DNA from: Rebecca billardiae RCC1528
Lineage: Eukaryota; Protista; Haptophyta
Assembly: GCA_965240325.2 (NCBI GenBank)
Contig: OZ251225.1
Coordinates: 3,410,001-3,474,000 of the forward strand
Direction: 5' to 3'
DNA: 64,000 nucleotides
The notes below the pieces were generated by a model that saw nothing but the letters and a program-made list of their open reading frames with translations, was not told the origin of the DNA and searched no databases. The position numbers and the translations under genes are program-made. This document shows, piece after piece, positions 21,132 to 32,648 of the stretch; the stretch's first letter is position 1; every line of letters begins with the position of its first letter.

Positions 21132-21370
21132 GCGCAAAGCTTCGTCGTCAGTAAAGTTGAGTACTTGACGGATTTTTGTTAGGACCTCCATGCATCACTG
21201 CGCTTGGGTCTCGTCCCATTTGGCAGCGCGCAAAGGTTCGTCGTTAGTAAAGTTGAGTAATTTGGCAGCGCGCAAACGTTCGTCGTTAGTAAAGTTGAGT
21301 ACTTGACGAGACTTTTTGCCAGGAGCCCAGGACCTCCATCGCACGCGCTTGGGTCCTCGTCCTATTTGGC
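21132..21370. repeat. degenerate tandem repeat (A-B-A-A-B), A ~42 bp
   Basis: GCGCAAA(g/c)..TTCGTCGT(c/t)AGTAAAGTTGAGTA at ~21132, ~21228 and ~21270. B unit CTTGACG..TTTTTG..GGACCTCCAT..GCGCTTGGGTC..TCGTCC.ATTTGGCA occurs twice. Confidence 0.85.
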
Positions 21371-21933
21371 AACATTATGGTCGTATGAAGATTTACAACA
21401 AATCGCAGATTCGTTCACCCAGATATACTGACAAATGCACGTCCACAGGCTCACGTCCGTCCGTAGATACGGAATTGGAGCGGGCGCGGCTATTTCGTCA
21501 ATCGAGTCTTGCTAATGCAAAGCAATGGGCCAATGTACCCCTCGAAAAAGCGAAAACTCACCCTCCAACAGCCCTCAAAATCGTCCCCCGTCCCCTTTTC
21601 TTTGATCAAAAGATCTTTTTGACAACGTAGTGAGGGCCCCCGGCGGGGCTCCACGCTACGCGCTCCGCCCTGCACCGCGGGCCATAATAAGTATAGGCTT
21701 CATCGTCGGTTTATTTATTCCGGCGCGCCGGGAAAGTCACGGAGCCAATGAATGAACCGGTACTCTGCTCAGCCGTGGCGGGCCCCGCTGCTTCAATAAT
21801 CCGCCTACTCTAAGGCTGTAAATTATATCGATCATCGACTCCGCCGTCTTCGGCGGCGCCGTCGAGGACCGGACTGACGGCGTCGGATCTGACGTCCCTG
21901 ACTGACGCCGGTCACGGGGCCGGGGCAGTCTCG

Positions 21934-22836
21934 TCAATCCACCGGTTCGATAGCGCAAACACGCTTGAGCACCTCGTACCCCGACATGATGCACGTCATG
22001 AGCGGCGCAAGGGTCGCCACTCGCGCGCTCACGCCCGTGAAAAACCCGATCGGGCCGTACTCTGCGAGGATGCCGCGCACGACGCTCCTGACGGTCGGTG
22101 CCGCGCTGCCAGGATCGCCGAGGACTTGCATGCGCGTGCGGACGACGTCGAGCGGACAGGTGACGACGCCCGTGACCGCGCCAGCGACACCACCTGAGAT
22201 GCCGCACAGCCCTGCGTCGCGCGCCCATCCTGCTGCCGATCCGTCCGGCCGGGTCGCCACCTCGAGCGGGCGGAGCGTGCGCAGCACGACGTCGAAAGTG
22301 CCCCATGTCACGGCCGAGGAGGGCACGTACTGCGACAAGCTCACGAAAAAGCCCCTGTAAAGTCCGAGCGGACCCAGCGCCCGGATGGTCTGCAGTGCCG
22401 AACCCTGCCCACCCGCAACCTGCAGCCGCTGGGAGACAACATCCAGGGGCACGGCGACGCACTGGCCCGCCACCGAGCCCAGCGCGCCGCCCAGCATCGA
22501 GATGGCCATCGAGTTGTCGCCAACCACGCGATAGCTTTCGTTGAGCTTGCGCAGAGTCGACTTTGAAGCCTCGAGCGCCGTGATGTACACTGGCCCCACC
22601 GCTAGGCCGACCAGAGAGACCCCGAACCCGCGATACAGGGCGAGCACCCCCTCCGACTTCACAATCTGCGTGGCTGCGCCAACCAGCGAAAGCTCGCCGT
22701 ACATGCCTGACTGCATGCGCGTCTTAATCAGCGTCGCCGGGTAGATCGGTACACGCACTGCGAGGCCGAGGATGGGCATGTACGTGTACATCTTCCGCTT
22801 GTCGATTTGTGTCCAGTCGAGCTGCGAACCCGACAT
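21934..22836 (-). CDS. mitochondrial carrier family protein, SLC25A44-like
   Basis: Three Px(D/T)xx(K/R/S)xRxQ repeats (YPATLIKTRMQ, VPLDVVSQRLQ, CPLDVVRTRMQ); N-terminal LDWTQIDKRK resembles SLC25A44. Confidence 0.88.
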   Translation of the reverse strand: MSGSQLDWTQIDKRKMYTYMPILGLAVRVPIYPATLIKTRMQSGMYGELSLVGAATQIVKSEGVLALYRGFGVSLVGLAVGPVYITALEASKSTLRKLNESYRVVGDNSMAISMLGGALGSVAGQCVAVPLDVVSQRLQVAGGQGSALQTIRALGPLGLYRGFFVSLSQYVPSSAVTWGTFDVVLRTLRPLEVATRPDGSAAGWARDAGLCGISGGVAGAVTGVVTCPLDVVRTRMQVLGDPGSAAPTVRSVVRGILAEYGPIGFFTGVSARVATLAPLMTCIMSGYEVLKRVCAIEPVD

Positions 22837-23013
22837 CGTGCGGCGTGCCCGGCCGTGGGCCCGCACCGCAGATTCTCGGCCACTCGCCTGTCGGTCCGGG
22901 CGCAGAGATGTGTCCGGGGCCGCCCCGACGTGTGGGTGCCAACCGCCAGGGCAGTGAGTGGCACGAAAGGAGCGAGTCGATCAGCGCGACGGCGTGACGC
23001 CCAGAACGCCACG

Positions 23014-24227
23014 ATGCCCACGCACGCGGACGTCAACGCGACCACGTACCGCATGGGCGCAGAGGAGGCACTGGTCTTGCTGCGCTTTCGCTGTGCGACG
23101 ATCAAGTACAAGCATCCCGTGCCTTTTGCCAGGTGCGCACCCCTGCACCCGACGCCAATCCTGGCTGCAAGCGACGTTGCACGACCGACCGCATGCGGCG
23201 GACGCTGTCGCGCGCGCAGGATCCTCGATGGCGACGCCGATCCCCTCGCGGACATCCTCGTCTACGTCGTCTCGCGTTTTTCAGAGCCGATCGCCGAAGT
23301 GCTCCGCGCGCACGACCTCTACCCACCGCCGAGGTGGTCCTCGGGGGCGAGCGAGCGTCCTCGCGAGGTGCTGGAGCACGCGCTCCTGTGCCTCGACGTC
23401 GTGGCGCCCGAGGCCAACGCGTGGATTGGCCCGGCTGATTTCGTGAGGACGGCCGACCAGGTCCCGCAGCGCCTCAAGTTCGTGCTCCAGTTCATCAAGC
23501 ACTTCGTCACGCGGCACAACGCCGTCGTCGCATCCAACAAGGCGATCCTGCAGCAGGACGCGGTCTCTCGGCCGCGCCGCACGCAGCCGAATCCAAACTC
23601 GAGCTCCGACCTCGAGAGCCTGAGCGATTCGGCGACGCTGCCGGCGAGCTCGCCAACAGAGCACGGGTTCGTCGCGTACCGGCCACCTCATTCGCCCCAC
23701 CGCCGTCGCCCCCGGACCTCGGCCGTCCCCACGTGCACCTATAACGCGCGAATGATGATGTGATCTGCCGTGCGCTCGCGCGGCACTCCCATGTACGCGC
23801 GCCCCACCCACGTGTGCGCAGCTCTCCCGCGCACTCGAAGGCCATCCACACGTCGAGTACGCACGAGAAGAGCGGCGCGGCCGCTGACGCCCGCCGCCGT
23901 TGGGTCGAGACGGAGTTCTTCGACGAGCTCGAGGTCGAGATGTACCGCGAGCAGCTCCAGTGCGTACCAGCATGCGCGCGCGCGCCAAAGCGCCGCCGCG
24001 CGCGCCAGGCGCCTGACTGTTCACGCAGGCTCCTCTTCCCCTCGCAGGCGCCGGCTGCAAACGCTGGTGAGGTCGACGCGGGCTTTGGAGGCCGAGGCCG
24101 CATCCCTACTCTTGATGCTGACGTGCTCGGCCTCACGCGGCTCCAGGGCCTCACGCTGACAGGCGCGGAGGGCGGCCCGCCCGAGCTGTTCGAGCAGATC
24201 TTCTCCTTCCAGGAGACGACCGCCTGA
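23014..24227 (+). CDS. CEP44-like centriolar protein; introns 23133-23219, ~23733-23821, 23960-24028
   Basis: The spliced N-terminal domain IKYKHPVPFAR|ILDGDADPLADILVYVVSRFSEPIAEVL...KFVLQFIKHFVTRHN matches the CEP44 domain pattern. The donor of intron 2 is uncertain (23676 or 23733). Confidence 0.65.
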
Positions 24228-24718
24228 GACAAGGGCCGCGTATGTTCTGACCGGATCCGGGGGCTCGCGCGAAAGACGGGAGTGCCGGCTGTCAGCGAAC
24301 TGCCACTCATCCGATGACGACCTCTGCGCCAGCCAGATCTTGTCCGCTCGGCGCCAGCAATGCAGCTTCCCGAGTGGCTGCTCTTCCGCCGGAAGAGCAG
24401 CCGGAAGAGCACGGGCTGCACGACGATGCAAGTCATGGCTCATGGTGTAAATATGCTCTAGCCCCCGACACAAGACCGCTGCGGGGAGTCCGTTCAGCAA
24501 GGCAGCGCGCACCAGGGAGCTGAGGGGAACTCGTCTGGATTCTGAGAGGATGGTCGCGGCCCGCAGAGCGCGCGCGCACGCGCTTGAGAGTTGGGACACA
24601 GTGCTGCTGTCGTTACGACCGGGAAGAACGGTGGGGAAGATGGGCGCCCTTGCGGTTGGGTGAGATCACAATCTTGTCGCCGGCGGATAGCGGCGCCGCG
24701 TCCTATGTAGCATCAATC

Positions 24719-27073
24719 ATGGGCGGCGTGACCAGCTCGCTCCGCCCGCGTCATCGTGACATCCACACGCTCGACGATGGGGAGGACGTGGACATCTCGA
24801 CGCACGTGCGCCTGCTGCCCATCGCCGCCGTTGCGGAGTCAGGCCTGCTCGAGCATGCGCCGAAGCCGACCATCTTCCCCTTTGCGCAAGCGCCGGCCTT
24901 CGCGCTCATCAGCTACAAGCAGGCGCGCGACCTCGATCTCGGCTTGCAGCGGCTGTCGGTGAAGGATGTGCAAGCGGCGTGCGCCACGGCGCAGGCGCAC
25001 GGCGTGTCACATCTCTGGATCGACGCGCTGTGCGGCGCCCCGCCGCGCTCCCGCCCTGGCGACACCGGCCCCGCGCGGTACTCGCACGAGCGCTTCCTCG
25101 CCAACCTACGGCAGTCGCTGGAGTACGCCAAGCTGATCATCGTCGTCGGCGACGGCGGCGCGACCGAGCGGGCGTCGTGGAGCACGCCTGAGTACCTATG
25201 CCGCCTATGGACGCGTTACGAGCTGCGCACGGCCCTCAAGGCCGACAAGCTTGTCCCGGCGTCGGACGAGCACTTTGAGGCGCTCGTCGCGGGCCACGGC
25301 TTTGGCGTGCGCTCGACGCTCCTCTTCGCGGACGTGACGAAGCGCGTGCCCCCCGCGCTGACGCGCTACCCGAACCTCGTCGCCGCCGCGGATGTGATCA
25401 CGCTCGTCGCCGTGTACCTGGCCTCCCTGCTGAGCTGCCTCACCCTGTATGTGATGATCACTGACCGTGACGAGTACCTGTCCAGCTCTGAGGTGCTGGC
25501 GGCGCTCGAGCTGATCGCGCTCGTGGTCCCCGTGTTCGCGGGGCCGCTCGGGCTGCGGCTCTTCGTGCTGCGGACGTTCCGCTTCGCGCTGAACGAGACC
25601 GCGCAGGTGCACTCGCTCCGCCGCGCGCTCGCCACGCGCAACATGCCCGCGGCCCTCCGCCTCGCCGAGGCGGATCCATACCGCATGCCAAGCTACGAGC
25701 CGTGTGACCGCCTGATTGTCGCCGACCTGATGCAGAAGAAGCACGGGGACGAGGCGGCGGCGGCCAAGTACTGGGCGCACGCGTTGCTGCTCGGGCTGAG
25801 CGCGCACGCCGGCCTCGCCGCGATCACGCCGTCGGGCCAGCACACCCTGCGCGCGGTGCTGGAGGAGGCGAGCACCGTCGGGAACGCGCGCTGGGCGGCG
25901 GTGCTGCTCAGGCACCTCCCGCACACCGCCAAGGAGAGCTTCGCCCGGGCATCCTCTGCCGAGGCACGCGCGCGCGCAGGCACGGCCGACGACTTGGACA
26001 AGCTGCTGAAACGCCAGGCGCGCGATGGCCGGAGCCTCCCCGCGCCTGGCGAGGACATGGACGAGGGATGGGCCGGGCGGCGCATCGAGCTGCGCGCGCT
26101 CGACGCGTGGGGCGCGACAGTGTACGTGGACATGGCGCGCGGCTTTGGCACGATCAAGGTGGGCAACGCGATGCTGCCCGTGCAGCGCTCGGCGCACGCG
26201 CCCGAGTGGCAGCTCGAGCCCGACGCGATCCTCGAGCGCTTCGAGCGCAGTCCGACCGTGATGGTCGAGCACGCGCGGCACGGCATCACGCTGCTGGCGG
26301 ACTGCTTCTTCATCGCGGTCGCCGCGCTCACTGCGCTCACGCTCGTGGACGACTTCATCGACGTGCGCGCGGTCGAATACAACACGGGCGTCTTCTCGTA
26401 CGACAGGCTCGCGCCTGTGATCGACGCGCTGCTCGCGCCCTGCCTCGTGTGCTGGGGCCTGGGGGAGGCGTCCTCGATCGCCCTCTCGCTCGCACCCGGC
26501 GCCGTCACGCACGGCCAGGGCCGCCAGCTCCTCTCGCGCCGGTACCACGGCTGGGGCGGCTGGTTCTTGCTGATCGAGGTTGACCTGTTTGTGCACGTGG
26601 TGGCTGCTGTCTTCTCCGGCCGGCCGGGCGCGAGGATGGGCACCATCGTCGGCGAGGCGCAGACGGACACGGACGTGCTCTTCGAGGGCTTCTGGGACCA
26701 GGTGGCGTTCGTCGCGCTGCGCGTCGCCCTGGTTGGGCTGCTCTTTGTGCCCTCGCGCCTCGTCGAGCTCGGCCGCTTCCTCACGCTCTCGCCAGGGTGG
26801 CGGCGGCGCGGGCGTGCCGGCATCATCGCCGTCGCGATGACGCTGGCCAACCCGCACTACACGGGCCGGCTGCTCTCGGCGGACGACGAGCTCGTCGACC
26901 CGCCTGCCGCGGAGTGGGCAGAGGAAAGCAGCCGACCTGCCAGCCGCATTCGCCAGCACGCTGCCAGGAACGGCCAGGGCAACGAGCTCACCGCGTCGCA
27001 TGACGTGAGCATCGGCCTATTTCCTTCGTCGGATGTGCTTCCCGCTAGGACACTCCCTGCCAAGGCTGGTTAG
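24719..27073 (+). CDS. multi-pass membrane protein with N-terminal TIR/HET-like domain
   Basis: 785-codon ORF with no obvious intron. FALISYKQ...HLWIDALC...YAKLIIVVG...EYLCRLWTRYEL, followed by about 6 hydrophobic helices. Start MGGVTS is a possible N-myristoylation site. Confidence 0.75.
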   Translation: MGGVTSSLRPRHRDIHTLDDGEDVDISTHVRLLPIAAVAESGLLEHAPKPTIFPFAQAPAFALISYKQARDLDLGLQRLSVKDVQAACATAQAHGVSHLWIDALCGAPPRSRPGDTGPARYSHERFLANLRQSLEYAKLIIVVGDGGATERASWSTPEYLCRLWTRYELRTALKADKLVPASDEHFEALVAGHGFGVRSTLLFADVTKRVPPALTRYPNLVAAADVITLVAVYLASLLSCLTLYVMITDRDEYLSSSEVLAALELIALVVPVFAGPLGLRLFVLRTFRFALNETAQVHSLRRALATRNMPAALRLAEADPYRMPSYEPCDRLIVADLMQKKHGDEAAAAKYWAHALLLGLSAHAGLAAITPSGQHTLRAVLEEASTVGNARWAAVLLRHLPHTAKESFARASSAEARARAGTADDLDKLLKRQARDGRSLPAPGEDMDEGWAGRRIELRALDAWGATVYVDMARGFGTIKVGNAMLPVQRSAHAPEWQLEPDAILERFERSPTVMVEHARHGITLLADCFFIAVAALTALTLVDDFIDVRAVEYNTGVFSYDRLAPVIDALLAPCLVCWGLGEASSIALSLAPGAVTHGQGRQLLSRRYHGWGGWFLLIEVDLFVHVVAAVFSGRPGARMGTIVGEAQTDTDVLFEGFWDQVAFVALRVALVGLLFVPSRLVELGRFLTLSPGWRRRGRAGIIAVAMTLANPHYTGRLLSADDELVDPPAAEWAEESSRPASRIRQHAARNGQGNELTASHDVSIGLFPSSDVLPARTLPAKAG

Positions 27074-27368
27074 AGCTAGATGGGAGGCTTCAGTCGTCGG
27101 AGGCAAATAAGCAGCACGCCCTGACGCCACGGTGCTCACTACTCACTAGACTGAGTCACGGGCCGTCAGTGCTCAGAGTCACGGACCGGCCGCGCCGGGG
27201 CGCGGCTGCCGCGGCCTATTTCCTTCGTCGTCGGATGTGCTTCCCGCTAGGACACTCCCTGCCAAGGCTGGTTAGAGCTAGATGGGAGGCTTCAGTCGTC
27301 GGAGGCAAATAAGCAGCACGCCCTGACGCCACGGTGCTCACTACTCACTAGACTGAGTCACGGGCCGT
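27013..27368. repeat. ~155 bp direct duplication of the 3' end and 3' flank of the TIR/HET-like gene
   Basis: 27013-27166 is repeated at 27212-27368, identical except for a TCG insertion. Confidence 0.95.
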
Positions 27369-27948
27369 GCTGACGCCGCCGGGGCGCGGCTCAGCCTCAC
27401 GGCCGCGGTCAAGCACTGAAGCAGAATTGCTGCGGTCTACTGAGCCTGGCAGAAAGCAGAAGCTACAGACTGTGGCGTCATCGAGCCAATGTTAAGCCGA
27501 TCTTCAACGCACGTCCTCCATCCACCGCGTCTTCTCGACGTACCGGCTGATCGAAGAGTCAGCTAGTAGGCGTAGCTACTGAGTGAAGTTGCCAATAACC
27601 TGACTGAATCCGTCCGGACGCTCACTCACGGTGCCGTGCCGGCGAGTGCGCTGGCGTGCGCAGGCAGTCGGCCAGGCGAGCCGACGCTGCGTCCGCCAAG
27701 CACGACAGGTCGGCCTAAGGACTGCGGCAACAGCCGCAGGAGGTGACTCGCGCGTGCGAGACGCCGCCGGGGCCGTACGCCTGAGTGGACTTGTCACAGC
27801 CGGCAGCCCCGCGCCGTCGGGCTATGAGGCCGGCTGCGCGCTGCACCGCGGCACCTGTGTGCTGGGCACAGAGGCCATCCCACTGCGCTAGTGGAAGAGC
27901 CGGGCCGCTGTCGCCACGTGATGCTGACATGAAGGCCAGCGACCCGGC

Positions 27949-28394
27949 TTAATCGAAGAGGTCGAAGCCCGACTCCTGCGCGCCAGAAGGGCGAGGGCGC
28001 AGGCGCAGCGGTGAGCAGCAGCGCAGCGCGGCGAGTGGCTCGGCGCCGCGCAGGGACGCGCGCCTCGCACCTCCTCCTCCTCCGGCTCCGGCTCCTCCTC
28101 CTTGGCTGCCGCAGCAGCACCGCCGCCGCCGCCGCCACCGCCACCGCCACCGCCTGCTGCTGCCGCGACTGGTGCGGCACCGCCACCGCCACCCACGGGC
28201 ATGGCCGCCATCTTGGTGCGGCCGGCGGCAATCACCTCCATGATGTCCTTGCCCTTCAGGTTGGCAAGAAGCGCATCGAGCTTCCCGGAGTCGGCCTCAA
28301 TGCCGACCGAGCCGAGGATCTTCGTCACATCAGCAGCAGACGGGGACTCGTTGCCCCCGAGCTGCGCGAGCAGGTATGCGGCCACGTGCTTCAT
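27949..28394 (-). CDS. RPLP2: 60S acidic ribosomal protein P2; intron 27976-28070
   Basis: MKHVAAYLLAQLGGNESPSAADVTKILGSVGIEAD...; splicing restores the C-terminus EEEE|ESGFDLFD*. Confidence 0.95.
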
Positions 28395-28783
28395 CCTGCG
28401 GGCGGTGGCAGCAGCGTGCCGCGCGGCGGCCAGTCGGGGGTGCGCGCGCGTCAGGGACCAAGCGCAAAACTCGCGCACACGTGCTGCCTGCGCCCGGCTC
28501 TCCTCGAAGCGATCGACCAATCGCCGCCGGCGCCAGCGCGGCGCGCAGGCAAGCCACCTTTGGCAACGCAAGGCGACGTGAACTCAAGGTCCGGCCACTG
28601 TCCGGACACGGAGCCGAGCAGGTGAAAGACTGCAAGTACGAATACGGGTATGCTAGTATGGGGTAGTATGGATATATGATTGTACCCACAAGCGGCGGCA
28701 CCGGACCAGAGTCCAGGGCGCTGGGCAGGCAGCTTGGGGCAGCTGGGCGCAATCCGGCCAAAAAGCTTTGGAGGCGCGTGCAC

Positions 28784-29610
28784 ATGATGATGGGGGCGTG
28801 CGTCGCGAGGGCCCTCGCGGCGGTGCTGGCGCTGGCTGCCGGCGTAAGCCCGGTGATCGGTGCCGGCCCACACGTTCGCTCGCCATGGCCGAGCACCGGG
28901 GCGCTCGCCTCGTTCTCGGGGCCGACCATCCCGGCGGTGCGCCGCGCTCGCGCTTGCCCCGTGGCCCCGCGCACGCGCGTGCACATGATGGCGAAGAAGA
29001 AGCTGAAGAATGCGGTGAAGAATGCGGCGGCGGCCGGGCTCGATGCCCTGGACATGCTGGAGAAGCAGGCCAACGAAGCCGCGGCGGCCGCAGCCGCCGC
29101 CACTGGCGGCCCCGTCGAGCCCGAGATCGCGGACGCGTCGGCTCAGGCGGCACCGGCCGCGCCGGCGGGCGGGAAGAAGGCCAAGAAGGGGAAGAAGAAG
29201 CTCAAGCAGGCTGCGCTCGCCGGGCTTGAGGCGCTCGAGCAGCAGGAGGCGGCGGCGGCGCCACCGCCCGAGGCGGCGCCGCCCGCCTCGGCGCCCGCGC
29301 CCGCCGCGCCGGCGCTCTCGGTGACGGAGGAGCTGATCAAGGCGAAGGGGCTCCTAGACGCGGGTGTTTTGACGCAGGAGGAGTTTGACACCCTCAAGCA
29401 GCGGCTGATCTCCGGCGAGGCGGCCGGCGGCGCGGCTGCGCCCGCGGCGGCAGCACCGGCAGCAACCGACGAGGCAGAGCGGGTGGCGAGCGCGAAGGCC
29501 GAGGCGGAGGCTGCAGCTGCCGCGGCCGCAAAGGCGGCGGCTGCCGCCGAGGCGCGCGCGGCCGCTGATGCGCAGGCGGCTGAGCGCGTGGCGGCGGAGG
29601 CGGCCGCAGA

Positions 29611-29654
<44 letters not shown>

Positions 29655-30413
29655 ATGCGGCGGCGACTGCGGCGGCGGAGGTAGCGGCGGCGACCGCAGC
29701 AGCGGATGCGACCGCAGACGTCGCCGAGGCCGAGCCTGCTGCCGAGCAGCAGGACGAGGCCGTGCCCTTTGTGCCGCCCGCCGCGCCTGCCGAGGCCAAG
29801 GAGAGGCGCGCGCCGCGCGTGCAGAAGTGGGCGGACGCGCCGGAGGGCTTCGTGTCTGTCGGGCTGGACACGGTGACGCTCAACTTCAAGGACCGCACGC
29901 TGCTCGACGGCGCGTCGTGGGACGTGAAGACGGGCGAGCGCGTCGGCATGGTCGGGCCGAACGGCTGCGGCAAGACGACGCAGCTGCGGCTACTCACTGA
30001 GGAGCTGCAGCCCGACGGCGGCGGCATCGTCAAGTCGCAGTCCAAGGTGGAGGTGGCGATGCTGCGGCAGGAGTTCCTCGAGCAGCTCGTGGGCTCGCGC
30101 ACGCTGCTGCAGGAGCTGCTCTCCGTCTTCGAGGTGGAGAACGAGCTGCTGCAGCGCAACGCGCAGCTCGAGGAGCAGCTCGCAAACTCGGCGGACGACC
30201 CGGACGCGATGCAGCGCGCCATCGACGAGCTCAGCGCCGTGCAGGCCGAGATCGAGCGGCTCGAGGCGTTCGGCCTCGAGCAGCGCGCGCTGCGGCTGCT
30301 GGACACGATGGGCTTCCAGCCCGGCGACGCGAACGCGCTCGTCTCCTCCTTCTCCGGCGGGTGGAAGATGCGCATCGGCCTGTGCAAGATCCTGCTCATG
30401 CGGCCGCAGATCG

Positions 30414-30449
<36 letters not shown>

Positions 30450-31864
30450 AGAGCGTCGAGTGGCTCGAGGGCTTCCTCAAGGCGCAGGATCGGCTGGGGA
30501 TGGTGATCGTCTCGCACGACCGCGAGTTCCTCGACCGCGTGTGCACCAAGATCGTCGACACCGAGGACGGCAAGACGCACACGTACCCGGGCGGGTACAC
30601 CGACTTCAAGCGGCTCAAGGCGGAGCGGCTGCGCGAGTGGCGCGCGGCGTGGGACAAGCAGGAGAAGGAGGAGTCGGAGCTGCGCAACTTCATCAACAAG
30701 TACCGCTCGGTGGACTCGCAGAGCTCGCAGGTCCGCTCGCGCGAGAAGGCGCTTGAGCGGCTGCGCGCCTCGCCCAGCTACGTGCCCAAGCCGCCGACGC
30801 GCATCAAGCAGGTGCGCATCGAGTTCCCGCCCGCGCCGCGCTCGGGCAAGGAGCTCGTCGTGCTCGACGAGGTCGCGCAGCGGTACGGCGACCGCACGGT
30901 GTTCGAGGACGTGAACCTGGTGATCGAGCGCGGCGACCGCGTCGCGATCGTGGGTCCGAACGGCGCGGGCAAGTCCACCCTCCTCCGCCTCATCATGGGC
31001 CAGGAGGCCCCGAGCTCGGGCGTGGCCGAGGTGAACGGGCACAACGCCATCGTCAACTACTTTGAGCAGGACCAGGCGAACGCGCTCGACCTCGAGCGCA
31101 CCGTGCTCGAGACGATGCAGCGCGCGACGGACGAGACGAACTACGAGGGGCTGCGCGCGCTGCTCGGTCGCTTCATGTTCAAGGTGCGCACGCCACCGCG
31201 CCTCGCCTCTTCGACACACCGTCGTCCGCGCTCACCGCGTGCGCGCCCCCTCCTGCGCGTCGCGCACACCGCGCCCGCGCCCGCTGCTCCGCAGGGCGAC
31301 GACGTCGACAAGAAGGTGGGCATGCTCAGCGGCGGCGAGAAGGGACGGCTGGCGCTGTGCCGCATGATGCTGACGCCGTGCAACGTGCTCATCCTCGTAC
31401 GCGCTTCGCGCCCGTGCGCGCCCGTGCGCCGCCCGCCTCTCCGCCGGCTCACCGAGCACGCCGGGACACCCGCGCCACAGGACGAGCCGACCAACCACCT
31501 CGACATCGAGTCCAAGGAGACGCTGGAGCAGGCGCTGCAGAACTACGACGGCACACTGATCACCGTGTCGCACGACCGCTACTTCGTCTCGCAGGTCGCG
31601 GCGACCATCCTCGCCATCGAGGACAAGCGCGTCATCGTGTATGACGGCGACTACAAGCACTACATGGAGCAGAACGAGAAGGTGCGCGGACTCGTCGAGG
31701 GGCGCTACCTCGAGGGCGAGCGGCGGATCCGCCCGGCACCCAAGGTCGAGTTCGCTGATGTGGAGGAGACAGCGACGAAGAAGAAGAAGAAGAACTTCGG
31801 CGGCAAGGGCGTGACCGCCGGGCGCAAGGACAAAGGGGTCAAGAACGCCAAACGCATGAAATGA
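28784..31864 (+). CDS. ABC-F family ATPase, probably plastid-targeted, with N-terminal SHOCT-like motif; introns 31184-31294 and 31397-31480
   Basis: Two NBDs (GPNGCGKTT, FSGGWKMR, LDEPTNHLD; GPNGAGKST, LSGGEKGR, IL|DEPTNHLD), no TM domain, and a signal peptide plus transit-like leader. Confidence 0.9.

Positions 31865-31866
<2 letters not shown>

Positions 31867-31897
<31 letters not shown>
31867..31897. repeat. (TA)n microsatellite
   Basis: TA run directly after the ABC-F stop codon. Confidence 0.95.
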
Positions 31898-31899
<2 letters not shown>

Positions 31900-32648
31900 A
31901 CTTGATGTATGTAGCTAGGCAGCATGTACTGCTATATAAACCGCGCCACCCATTATTACAATAATACTGTTTATGCGCGCCGTGGGCACGCTCTACGACG
32001 AGTCAAAAAGATATCGCGATCTACAGCGATCGAGTAGTCAATTACTTTTATAATTTTAAAAAAGAGCGCGACAACCTTATTATAATAAGGATCTACAGCG
32101 AGTCCGATTAAATATAAACGAGCGATATCTTATGATCGGCTACGCCGATCTTCGGGTAGTAAACAACGAAGTTGAGGGCGCACGGCCCTGGTAGGCTCTG
32201 GCTGGTAGTTGCTGTCGCGTTGGCTTCACCGCCAATCACACGGCACGATGCTACTAGTCAGCAAAGCGCGCGGACGAAAATCAGTCAGCTCTCCGAGAGG
32301 GCCCCGGGCCTGCGCGGGTCCGGCGGTCGCGGCGCCGGGCGCGGGGATGCTGTCAGCTTCCGAGCCCGTACAGCTCGTCGCGCGCGCTCGGGGTGCGCGA
32401 GGCGACGCGGTACGACGGTGGCGTGGACCACCACCTCACGCCTCGCTACGTCGTCAGCGTGTACAGCCCGCCGCTGCCACTAGCGCCAAGTGGCACTGCT
32501 CGGAACAGCTCGATGCGTCGCGCGTCGTCGTTTGCGTCGACTAGTCGCTCGGCCGGAGGTGCAGCTGACGCGCTCGCCGAAGCAGCACCGCAGCCCCCGC
32601 TCGATGATGTGCGCGGCATGAAGTTCGCACCGAACGTCTTCTTGTCGC

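Noticed and set aside
24021-24599. 192-aa minus-strand ORF
   Set aside because: Overlaps the last exon of the CEP44-like gene and has no recognisable motif.
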